Part shown: one piece after another, positions 14,300-25,319 of the stretch
How the letters are laid out: each line of letters begins with the position of its first letter
Numbering within the stretch: the first letter of the stretch is position 1
From: the human T2T-CHM13v2.0 reference genome, Homo sapiens
Assembly: GCF_009914755.1 (NCBI RefSeq)
Contig: NC_060935.1
Reading direction: 5' to 3' (one strand)
DNA: 64,000 nt
Program-made: the position numbers and the translations under genes
Notes under the pieces: model-generated
Database searches by the model: none
What the model was told of the DNA's origin: nothing
Seen by the model: the letters and a program-made list of their open reading frames with translations, nothing else

Positions 14300-16507
14300 A
14301 AGAATGAGAAATAGATTTGTTATAAGACATTGGCTAATGCAACTGTGAAGGCTGAGAATTTCCAAGATCTGTAAGCTGGAGATCCAAGAGAAGGTAGTTC
14401 CCGTATGAATGTCTGCAAGCTTGAGACCCAAGATGAGCCAAATTTTTCAGTTTGAATCAGAAGGCAAGGAAAGACCACTGTCCTAGTTCAAAGTAGTCAA
14501 GCAGAAGTAATTCCTTCTTATTTAGCCTATTTGTTTTATTCAGATGTTCAACTGACTGGATGAGGTCCACACTCATTAGGGAGGGCAACCTACTTTACTC
14601 AATCCATTCAAATATCAAGCTCATCAAAAACACCCTCACAGAAACACTTAGAATAAAGTTTGACTAAGTATCTCGGCATTCCATGGCCCAATCAAGTTGA
14701 CACAAAAAATTAACCATCCAAACTTCTTTTTTGTTGTTGTTGTGGTTGTTGGCTTAAGCTAGACATCTGGGAGTCCTTATAGACTGATTCCTCTCCCTCA
14801 CTCTGAAGTTAAATCTGTTGCTTACTTCATTGTATCTATTATTTTCAAATATCTCTTGAATCCAGTATACGCAGTCACCACCACTGCCATTGGAAAGGAA
14901 ATCAACCTTTATTTTCACCCTACTGTATGTTAGAAACAATGCTCTTGAAGTTCCAATTTCATTAACAGCTTGATTTTTTTTCCCTGATACAAAACTCAAG
15001 AGACAACTATACCAGACACAGAAGGAAATAATGATTTTCATACTTTCTGAACTAAGTTCATTAATTCAATTGTTCGTGAAATTTTAATAGTCAATTTTTA
15101 CCCTTCTTTATCTTTAAAATATAGTGGTTTTAGACATGTTCAAGCAACAGAGCACTTAGAGAAATAATATACCGTGAGTGGAATATTATGACACATATTA
15201 GACCTAACCCTATTTGACTCTAAAATAAGAGATAAAATATATTTGAGTTTAAATGAATATCTTTGTATGACAGATTCTAATGTAGGTAGGCAGGAGCATG
15301 CTCCAAATATTTAACAAAAATGTATTATTGGGACCATTGTATCAATTAAAACATTTCAAATTTATCATTTGTTAAATTTGGAACATGACCATTCTTCGAT
15401 TGGAGTGACAGGAAAAGCTTAGTGTCACTTGCATCCTTCAGAACATATCATGAGATACTTTTTTGTACTACATCCCATGTGTACATTAAACATAAGTGAA
15501 AGGGAAAATGTGCCATCTAGAATTAACTTCTTAATTATATTATAAATCATAATCCTTTCAATTTCCAAGTTTCTGACACCAACGGCCATTTCCTAAAGAT
15601 CATTCATGTGTTATTACATTAGTTAGTTGAGAAAATAGAAGCAGATAACACTTCACTGGATAGTGGCAGAGAAATTGACCAATGAAATTTCATTCTAGAG
15701 CTACTGCACTCAGTCAAAAACAGCTTAAGCTAAGTGATTCTCAAATGCACCGATCTATGTTGGGTATTTCCCTTTACATTGCATAATGCCTTAGCCTATT
15801 TGGGATACATTCGAGCAGAGTCAAAGGAAAACTTGAAGTTTTCAAGCCAAGAGTCACTGAAATAAGATAGGAAATGCATCTGTTGATCCATCTTACTCTG
15901 CTACTACACTACTATTAGCCAGCCTTACACGCCTCAAGTCACAAGGAATTACTGTGATTTTGGCACAAAATTTTTAAAATTTTTAAAATTTTGTACCAAA
16001 ATTTTAAATTTCAGCTCCACTTCACTATTTTTCTAAATTTCAGCTCCACTCCATTATTTCTTATTATGAACATTTATTAATATTCCAAAACTCTAAAACA
16101 TTGCTTAAGCAGGATAAAGTGAAAGAATTTCTGGGTACAGGAATCACCTGAATAGAGAATTTAAGAGAGGTAGACTTAAATACAATAATTTCTTCACCAA
16201 TGTTACAATGATCTTTATACCCAAACTAAAGGTTCTTACATTTTCCTTCAGAAACAATGATCTTTTTATTTTATTTGCATACTTCATAAAGATGCAAGAT
16301 ATGTGCATACTTCAGAAGCATAATAGGGACATAGCAACAAATATAGGCTTTGGAGACTCAATTACTTCATTACAGGTTAGAAAACTATAGCTTATAAAGT
16401 CAAAGAATATACCTATGGTGATACTCTTGCTTAGTTAGTGTTGGAACTAGAATAAAATCAAACTCACTTTAAGTCCATTTTAGTTTTCAAGGGGAACTCA
16501 AATAAGT

Positions 16508-16680
16508 CAATGCTCTTAAAGTGTGGTCTCTAGATGAGCAGCATGACTGTCAACACTGAAAACATGTTGGAAATGCAAATTCTAAAGCCCACTCCAGAAA
16601 CTCTTGGGGTGATGGTACCTGAAAATGTATTTTAAGCCCTTCAAATGATTCCAACATAAGCTAAAGTTGAAAACTACTGA
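16508..16680. mobile_element. MER5A (hAT-Charlie)
   Basis: ctcttaaagtgtggtc...gaaatgcaaattct...aaagttgaaaactactg. Confidence 0.75.
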
Positions 16681-17761
16681 AATAGTCTCCAGATTCTGTG
16701 AAAGTATAAAAATATAAAGTTGCCAAATGTAAAATATTGATTTTCATAGTTTATATTGGGTTTATATGATTATTATATTCTTGACAGATAAGGGGGAAAA
16801 TGCAGCAAGATTAAGTGGCTCACCAAAGATCATTTAAAATTAATTTAATCACTGTGGGTAGGACTGGATCAAGTTATCTGGTTAACTATGCTCAATAAAT
16901 AATGTTTCCTTCTTCTTCTCCATAGGCAATATAAACAGAATGGTTAAAGGATTTAAGAAGTGTTTGGGAAATAAAATCAACAGGAGTGAGTGACTGATGA
17001 GTTGAGAAAAGTGAAGGAGATGATGCCAGCGATGGGAATAATGAGTACCTTGGGGATGGAGATGAAGGAGCTTTTAATTTTTTGAACTTTGTTGTTTGGG
17101 GATGGAGAGTATCTCAAATTTAAGAGTTTATTGACAGATATACAGAGCATATGTTCCAGTCAGCCCTCAGAAATGTCAGTCTCCCTTCCATTGTCCTAAT
17201 TTCTGCACTCATTGCCTCTCATTTGTCTGGACTAGCTTCCTCGCTAGTGTTCCTGCCTCCAGTTTTTATCATGTGTGATATGGCCTGCATATAATTTCAG
17301 ATTAGCTTTTCTGATGCATAAACCTAATCACATCACCATCCCCTGCTCAAAATTCTTCCATCACATCCCAACACTTTCCCTCCCCTAGCAGGCAAAGTGT
17401 CCAAACTGCATTTGAAACCCTCTACTGTTTGGACATTTTTCATCTCCTAGCCATATCTGTTGCAACAATATAATGTGAGTTGTCTATTCTATGAAAATTA
17501 TTGTAACTCAAATATATTTTTCCCTTAAATAAAGCCTATAGAGGAAGACAATGATTGGGATCAGTAATAGCTGTTGAAAAGCAAAAGCTCAACAGGTGAT
17601 AATGAACAGGAGAGAAAGAGAATCTTAGGTCCTGGGATAGATATTCACATCAAGGGTCATCATTTTTCAGGTGTCAATGTGTCGGCTGATGCTGGGTGGT
17701 GCCGCATAAACCCTACTGGCTGATTCTACTCCTTATTTCATGTTTTAAGAAATTAATTGTT

Positions 17762-19423
17762 AAAAACATTTCAACTTTTATTTTCGATTCAGAGGGTACA
17801 TATGCAGGTTTGTTGCATGGATATATTGTGTGATGCTGAGGTTTGGGATTCAGATGATCCCATAGCCCAAGTAGTGACCATAATACATAACAGGTAGTTT
17901 TTCAGCCCACACACCTTTTCTTTCTTCCCACATCCGGTAGTCCCCCAGTGTCTATTTTTCTTATCTGAATATCCAAATGTACTCAGTGTTTAGCTCCCAC
18001 TTATAAGTGAGAACATGCAGTATTTGGTTTTCTGTTACTGCGTTATTTCACTTGAGATAATGGCCTCCAGCTGCATCCATGTTGCTGCAAAGGACATGAT
18101 TCCACTTTTTTATGGCTGCATGGTATTCCATGGTGTATATATACCATTTTAAATTCAGCCTACCATTGACACACACCTAGGTTGATTCTATGTCTTTGCT
18201 ATCCTGAATAGTGCATCTGAGTACATGTTGTCTTTTTGGTAGACTAACTTATTTTCCTTTGCATATATATCTACTAATGGGATGGCTGGGTTGAATGGTG
18301 GTTCCGTTTTAAGTATTTTGAGAAATCTTCAAGTTGCTTTCTAAAGTGGCTGAACTAATTTGCATTCCCATCAACAGTAAATAAGCATTTCCTTTTCTCT
18401 GCAGCCTCGCCAGCATCTGTTGTTTTTTGACTTTTTAATAATAGCCATTCTGACTGGTGTGAGATGACATCCCATTGTGGTTTTTATTTGCATTTCTCTG
18501 ATGATTAGTGTTTATGAGCATTTTTTTCATATATTTGTTGGATGCTTGTATGTCTTCTTTTGAGAAGTATCTATTTATGACCTTTGCCCATTTTTTAAAG
18601 AGGTAATTTGTTTTATACTTGCAGAATTGTTTAAGTTCCTTATAGATTCTGAATATTAGACCTTTGTCAGATGTACTGTTTGCAAATATTATCTCCCACC
18701 CTGTAGGTTGTCTGTTTACTCTATTGATTTTTGTTTTGTTTTGTTTTGCAGAAGCTCTTTAGTTTACTTAGGTCCCACTTGTCAATTTTGTTTTTGTGGC
18801 AATTGTTTTTGGGGACTTAGCCATAACTTCTTAGGAATTCTTGACATTAGCCAAGGCTGATGTCAAGAAGGGTATTTTCTTGGTTTTCTTCCAGAATTTT
18901 ATAGTTTGAAATCTTACATTTAAATCTTTAATCCATCTCAAGTTAATTTCTGTAAACCATGAAAGGTAAGGGTCTAGTTTTATCCTTCTGCATTAGCCAG
19001 TTATCCCAGCACAATTGATTGAATATGGAATTCTTACCCATTGGTTAATTTTGTCAACTTTGTCAAAGATAAGATGGTTGAAGGTATGTGGCTTTATGTC
19101 TGGGTTCTCTATTTTGTTCCATTGGTCTATGCAAATGTTTTTGTACCAGTACCAAGCTGTTTTGGTTACTGTAGACTTCCAGTATAATTTGAAGTCAGGT
19201 AATGTGATGCCTACCCCTGGCTTTGTTCTTTTTGTTTAGAATTGCTTTGGCTATTTGGGCTATTTTTTGTTCCATAGGAATTTTAGAATTTTTTTTTTTC
19301 TAATTCAATGAAGAATGATGTTGGCAGTTTCATAGAAATAGCATTGAATCTATAAATTGCTTTTGGACTGTATGGCCATTTTAACAACTTTTATTCTTCT
19401 GATCTATGAGTATGGGCTGTTCC
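17762..19423 (-). mobile_element. L1PA15/16-like, 3' portion (host of the pseudogene)
   Basis: 3' end ttcaacttttattttcgattcagagggtacatatgcaggtttgttgc..., followed by reverse ORF2 to ...tctatgagtatgggctgttc. Confidence 0.9.
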
Positions 19424-21538
19424 TTTTTTTCCAGGATTAGATAGAGTCTAATAATAGTCCAATTCTAAAATAAAAGTTATTATAGGTAAGACCATGACAT
19501 TTCCTAACACTTGATTTTAATACATTACGGTAATTTTCTAAAACAACTCAGAGGAACCCATATTTACATTAGGCAGAGTATTTATGAAAAAATCTGGCAC
19601 CAGGTGTGTGTGTGTGTGTATATATATAATATATATATATATACACACATATATATATTATATATATATACACATATATATATTATATATATATATACAC
19701 ACATATATATATATTATATATATACACACATATATATATATTATATATATATACACACATATATATATATTATATATATATATACACACATATATATATT
19801 ATATATATATATACACACATATATATACACATACACACACATATATATACACGCACATATATATGCACATATATATACATATATACACGTGTGTGTATGT
19901 GGTGTGTATATATATGTGTGGGTGTGTGTGTGTGTGCATGTACGTATCTCAAGATTATATGTACTAAGAAACAGGTTGTATATCTTAATAGCAGTACTAG
20001 AGTAAAGAGTTTCAGGTTTGGATTTATAAATGATTTTCAACGTGTGGGGTTTGGAAAAGGAGCAGACATCTCGTTTTCAAAACCTGAAGTTTTTCTCAGG
20101 ACTGAAGTCAAAATCATAACTGCCACAGAGGGAAAAGGGAAGTTTTTTGCACTTTAATTGTTCATCTGAGTCCAAAAGTCCAGTATCCCTGAGATAGGAA
20201 CCACTCTAATAAGAAGGTAGTGAACAGGTTTCTCCCAAAGGAAGATTGTTTGTTGCTGAATTATGTCTACTGCCCTGATCATCAGGTATATACTTTGCAT
20301 CTTCAAACTTAATGCTTGGCAGCACCAAGATATTTCAGTAATGGTTCATCATAAACCCAATATTCTCCATCTTTATGAAATAACCTTGTCTCCCACTGAA
20401 TTTCTTTCTCTTTCCCTCTTTCCTTTCTTGGGGTTCTGCTCTTTTATTCAAGCCTGTGCTTTGCTTCAGTTGCTGATTTTTAAGTTGAAAGTGACATCCT
20501 TCCAAAGGCTGCGGGATTCTTACTTGTTCTGATCTTCTAGCTTCATCACTTTCTTCTTGATTACAGGCAACTTCTTGGTATCTGCAAAGGATGTATTTTC
20601 CCATGTTGCATATTTTGCATACATCAAACCATTCCATTCCCCTTCAGTTGAGCAAAAAGACTTCTTGTCACTTGGAGAAAAAAATCTCAGCAGTAATTTT
20701 GTGCTTCTTGCCCACATAGAAGGGTTTAGTATGGAAGATGATATTTGCACTCTAGCCTGTTTGGAACAATTAATACAACATTCTCCACCTAATTTCACCC
20801 AGGACCATGTGAGGATAGACCTTCCATAGCCATTGAGGAATGTGAGAATGTAATGTTCATCATAGTCTAGACATGAGACACAGCCCTGCCCTATGTTGTG
20901 AACACCAATTGACATCCCAAGGAATTTTGATTTGGCCCAGACATGAGCAGTGAATTGTATCTTCTTGTTAAAATACTCAACATAAAAGGCTGAAATGGGT
21001 GGATGATGGGAAACCTGGTCAGCCACGAATGTTACAGTATTTTTGGAAACCCAGGGAACTGGTCTTTCTGAAACTAGTTTTGTGTTCTCTTCAGTATCAT
21101 TTGGTAGTGTCCAGTGACACTGAAAAATCTTGCCCAAAATGGGACTGTATGGCTTTTTGGCAACTGACCCTTTCCTTCTTGCATGAAAGGCTGAGAGGTA
21201 TGATTTCACAACCAGAACCATTCTATCCTTGTGATCCTTCTAGTCACTAATGGACACAAACAGGTCCCAGTGTGCAAAAAGTCTGCCTACATTTCTAAAA
21301 GAGATGTTCTTTCAAGAATAAACCTTGGAAGAACTACCTTAGTAAGATCCATCCCAAGCCTAACCTGTGACAAGAGATGCATGATAACGCTCTTGTGCTC
21401 CCTGCGGACCCCGCCTACACATCATCATCTCTACTGTCATATGAATCAAAAAGGTCAGCATCACTTGTTCCATTGGACATGGAAGAATTAAGTGATTCTC
21501 TAGTATCTGGATGTTTTAGACTATTTCCTGAGCTGCTG
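19424..21538 (-). pseudogene. OSBPL9: OSBPL9 (ORP9) processed pseudogene, 3' non-inverted arm: ORD domain, stop, 3'UTR and poly(A) remnant
   Basis: Translation includes [33 protein letters not shown] (OSBP signature EQVSHHPP), [15 protein letters not shown] and ...LGAAKH* with stop at 20309-20311. It is intronless, has several premature stops (e.g. 21240-21242, 20520) and frameshifts, and has T7 at 19424-19430. Confidence 0.93.
19604..19942. repeat. (TG)/(TA)/(CA) microsatellite-minisatellite within the pseudogene 3'UTR
   Basis: About 7 copies of a ~28-30 bp (AT)nT(AT)nACACAC unit; source of the YI/HT-rich ORFs. Confidence 0.93.
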
Positions 21539-22125
21539 CTGATGTAATTACCTACAAATCTTGATTGAACAATTAAAGTCTTTTGATGACAAGCTTCAAA
21601 ACTACAAAGAAGATGAACAGAGAAAGAAAATGGAAACTCTCAAAGAAACAACAAATAGCATAGTAGAATCAGCTAAACACTGCATTGTGTTGCTGCAGAT
21701 TGCTAAAGGGTAATGCAGAAAAGCACGCAGATGGAATAAGTACTATTAATCCTGTAGATGCAATCTATCAACCTAGTCCTTTGGAACCTGTGATCAGCAC
21801 GCCTTCCCAGATTGTTACTTCCAGAACCTGTTCAGTTGTGTAAGTCAAAACAGCAGCATCCATCTTCCCTACCAGTTGGACCTGTGTTGGCTACCTTGGG
21901 ACAGCATAAGACTCCTACACCAAATAGTACAGGCAGTGGCCATTCACCACCGAATAGCAGTCTAACTTCTCCAAGCCATGTGAACTTGTCTCCAAATACA
22001 GTCCCAGAGTTCTCTTACTCCGCTAGTGAAGATGAATTTTATGATGCCGATGAATTCCATCAAACTGGCTTATCCCCAAAGCACTGGATAGATTCTTCTG
22101 GATCTGCCTCAGTCCTGATACACAG
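21538..22125 (+). pseudogene. OSBPL9: OSBPL9 processed pseudogene, 5' inverted arm (coiled-coil/linker region with FFAT motif; PH domain absent)
   Basis: Encodes [72 protein letters not shown]; this is the ORP9 sequence immediately upstream of the point where the minus arm begins. Confidence 0.92.
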
Positions 22126-22513
22126 GAGCTTGGGTGTTTCTTCTTACATTTGTATCTTTTTTTAATTTCTTTCAGTGGAATTTTGTAGATCTCCTTGTAG
22201 CGATCTTTAACCTCCTTGGTTAGCTGTATTTCTAAGTACTTCATTTTTTTTTTCTCTCTATTGTAAATAGGGCTGTGTTCTTCATTTGGCTCTTAGCTAG
22301 AATATTATTGGTATATAGCAATTCAACTCATTTTGTACATTGGTTTTGTATCCTGAAACTTTGCTGAATATGTTTATTAGTTCTAGAAGCATTTCTGCAG
22401 AGTTTTTAGGGTTTTCTAGATATAGTATAGAATCATATCACCGGCGAAAAGAGATAGTTTGACTTTTCATATTTGGATATCTTTTATTTATTTATCTTGC
22501 CTGATTGTTCTGG
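22126..22513 (-). mobile_element. L1PA15/16-like continuation (ORF2 RT region)
   Basis: ORF 22023-22244(-) KYLEIQLTKEVKDRYKEIYK resembles L1 [20 protein letters not shown]; resumes where the 19423 fragment stops. Confidence 0.9.
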
Positions 22514-22640
22514 AGAACTAGACAGCCACAAAATAATAGTAACAGGCTTCAAGACTCTACTGACAGTGTTAGACAGCATCAAAGCAGAAACCTAACAAGT
22601 AAGTCCTGGACTTAAATTTGACACTCAACCAATTGGACCT
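22514..22640 (+). mobile_element. Inverted L1 fragment (ORF2 endonuclease region)
   Basis: tagacagccacaaaataatagta...cactcaaccaattggacct resembles LDSHTIIVGDFNTPL...LDQLDL in the opposite orientation. Confidence 0.75.
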
Positions 22641-23079
22641 GATGCTACTTTTCTTCCACCTATTGTATGGAATCAGTCTACCTCAGCTATAGTGCAAATT
22701 TTGGTGAGCTTACCAATCTTTTTTCAGCTGTAAGATTGACAGCAAAAGCTTGCCAATGTCCTCAACCATTTATTTCAGAAGACACAGACCACACAGTGCT
22801 TATATTAGAAATCATGCCCAGGAAATGATTTCTGAAAAATAATATTTTGATCAGATACATGTAAACAGATGATATGCAGAGCTGGCATGACTGGATCACA
22901 GAAGGCTGGAACAGTTGTAGAGGAAGTTAAATGAAAGTAAAATAATCAATTGTTTATGTTAGTGTTGCATGGAAGTAACAGTATTAAAGTTTTTCTCTTC
23001 ATATTATGCACAGATTGAGCAGTAGCTGATAGTCTTAACCAATGAATCAATTAACTGGGGATACTTATTCGTACATTTT

Positions 23080-23470
23080 CAACTAAAACTTGTTGAATAT
23101 CTCTCATATGTCAGAGGCAGTGTAGGCAGTAAGATATAGAGGTAATTAAGACCTAGTCATCTCTGTTTCAAGAAGATGAATTTCTAGAGGAAAAATCAGA
23201 TAGATTACAATTCAAGGTGATATGTGTGAAAGTGAAAAACTGTACACATTCTGTGTGGGCACACAGCAAAGGGGAAATTAACTGCATGAAGTCAGAAAAG
23301 GGTTCACAGAGAAGGCAGCATTTTAACCCAGACCTATATAAACTGGCGTAGTGAAAGATAATGGGAGGTAGAGTTGAAGAGAATGGCAAAGCAGGAAAAT
23401 AATATATGTTCTAGTCTTAGAGAATAGCATGTACAAAAGCATAGGGTGAGAAAATTATAGGTTATTTAGT
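23080..23470 (-). mobile_element. Degraded L2
   Basis: ttgttgaatatctctcatatgtcagaggcagtg...gcatgtacaaaagcatagggtgagaaa L2 3'-type motifs. Confidence 0.5.
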
Positions 23471-23914
23471 GATAAATAGTTTTCAGATACAAATATAACT
23501 TGCCTTTCAGTTGAAATTGGAATTATAGGTGACTTGTTTTGTCTTTTTCTTTTCCCCTCTCTAATATTGACATGAAATACCTACACAGTATGAATAGCCT
23601 TCCAAATCAGGCTCTAATCTACTTATGCAAACCTATGTCTCTCCTTATCTGTTCTGAAAATACAGAGACACAAGCTCAAGTTGTATTTCTTAAGCATAAA
23701 TGACTCTGTACCTCTCCTTTTCTGAGCTCATGATGATAAGGAGAGAGACTGTTTAATACCCTATTGCCATTGCTCTATTATTGATCTGGCTTTCCCTCTT
23801 TGCATCAATTTATAACCTCTTGCTACTCCAACAACACATCTCTTGAAGTCTACTTATTCCTACTACTAGGTAAAATAGCTGTCTCCTATGAATGTAGATT
23901 TGTTGTAATATTGG

Positions 23915-25290
23915 TTGCCCATTGAATTTCTTGGCACACATAAAAAATCAATTGACTATAAATCTATTGGTTTATTTCTATAAAATGTTTCAAAAATGGA
24001 AACATTGCTATCCATGTATATTCTAATTTCAATACTGCATTTGGGTTACTCTAGTTTTGTAGTAAGTTTTGAAATTGGAAAGAAGTCTTCCAAATTTGTT
24101 CTTTTTCAAGATTATTATAGTCACTTTGGTTTCTTTGCATTTTCATATGAATTTGAGAATAAGCTTGTCAATCTTTTTTAAAAAAGTTAGGAGGATTTCT
24201 TATGCACAGTTGATGGGAATGTAAATAAATACAGCCATTATGAAAAACAGTATGGAGCTTCCCCCAAAAAATTGAAAATGGAACTACCATATGATCTAGC
24301 AATCCATTACTCCATATATATCCAAAGGAAATGAAATCAGTATGTGGAAGATGTATCTGAACTCCCAAGTTTACTACAATGCAATTCACAATAGCCAAGA
24401 TATGGAATCAATCTAAATGCCCATCTATAGATGAATAAAGAAAATGTAATACATGTATACATACATACACACACACACAATGTGAATACTGAATTTAATA
24501 CTGTTCATTCATTAAAGGGAAGAAAATCAGGTCATTTGCAAAAATGTAGATAAAGCTAGAGGACATTATGTTAAGTGAAAAAAGTCAAAGTCAGGCACAG
24601 AAAGACAATCTCACTCATACGTGGAGACTAAAAAAGTTAGTGTCATAGAAGTAGAGAGTAGAATAGTAGTTATCAGAGTCTGTGGAAGGGTGAGGGAACC
24701 AGGAGAGTGGGGTCAACAGGCACAGTTACAGTTGAATAGGAAGAATACGTTTTGATGTTCTACATTGCACAGTAAGGTAACTACAGCTAATAACAGTGTT
24801 GTATATATATCAAGATAGCTAGAAGATTTTGAATGTTATCATCACAGAGAAATGATACATTTACAAAGTAATGAGTAAAATTATGCTGATTTAATCATTA
24901 TAAAATGTATAACTGAATGGAAACATCACACTCTCCCTCCCTAATACGTGCAATTATCTGTCAGTTATAAAGGAATCACATTAATTTTAAAAATAAGGTG
25001 AATTTTTGGTAACGACTGTGATTAATTAGATAATTAATTTGGGGATAATTGCCATCTTTAATTTCTTTCAATATGTTTTGTAGTTTACATTGTACATATC
25101 TTGCACTTTCATTAAATTTATTTCTAAGTATTTTATTTACTTTGATTCTACTGTAACATTGTTTTATAGTTTTTATTTTTAAATCAGTCATTGCTAGTGC
25201 AAAGAAATACACTATGCACAATTAATTTTTTATATACTGAGCTTATATTTAGCAACCATTTCAAATTATTTAGTATACTTAACAGTCATT
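23915..25290 (-). mobile_element. Old L1M ORF2 fragment split by an L1MA
   Basis: Reverse ORF2 motifs (gtagtaagttttgaaatt; ttaaatttattctaagtattt). Confidence 0.65.
24186..24975 (+). mobile_element. L1MA 3' end
   Basis: gaactaccatatgatctagcaatcca; gacattatgttaagtgaaa; L1MA-type 3'UTR. Confidence 0.8.
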
Positions 25291-25319
25291 TGTTTGGGGT
25301 TAGGGGAGGGTTTCTTTGG

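Larger units (their letters stand above)
13581..14720 (-). mobile_element. MLT2-family ERVL solo LTR (MLT2B-like) interrupted by microsatellites and Tigger3a
   Basis: tgtattagtcagggttctc start; ends ggcccaatcaagttgacacaaaaaattaaccatc. Confidence 0.82.
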
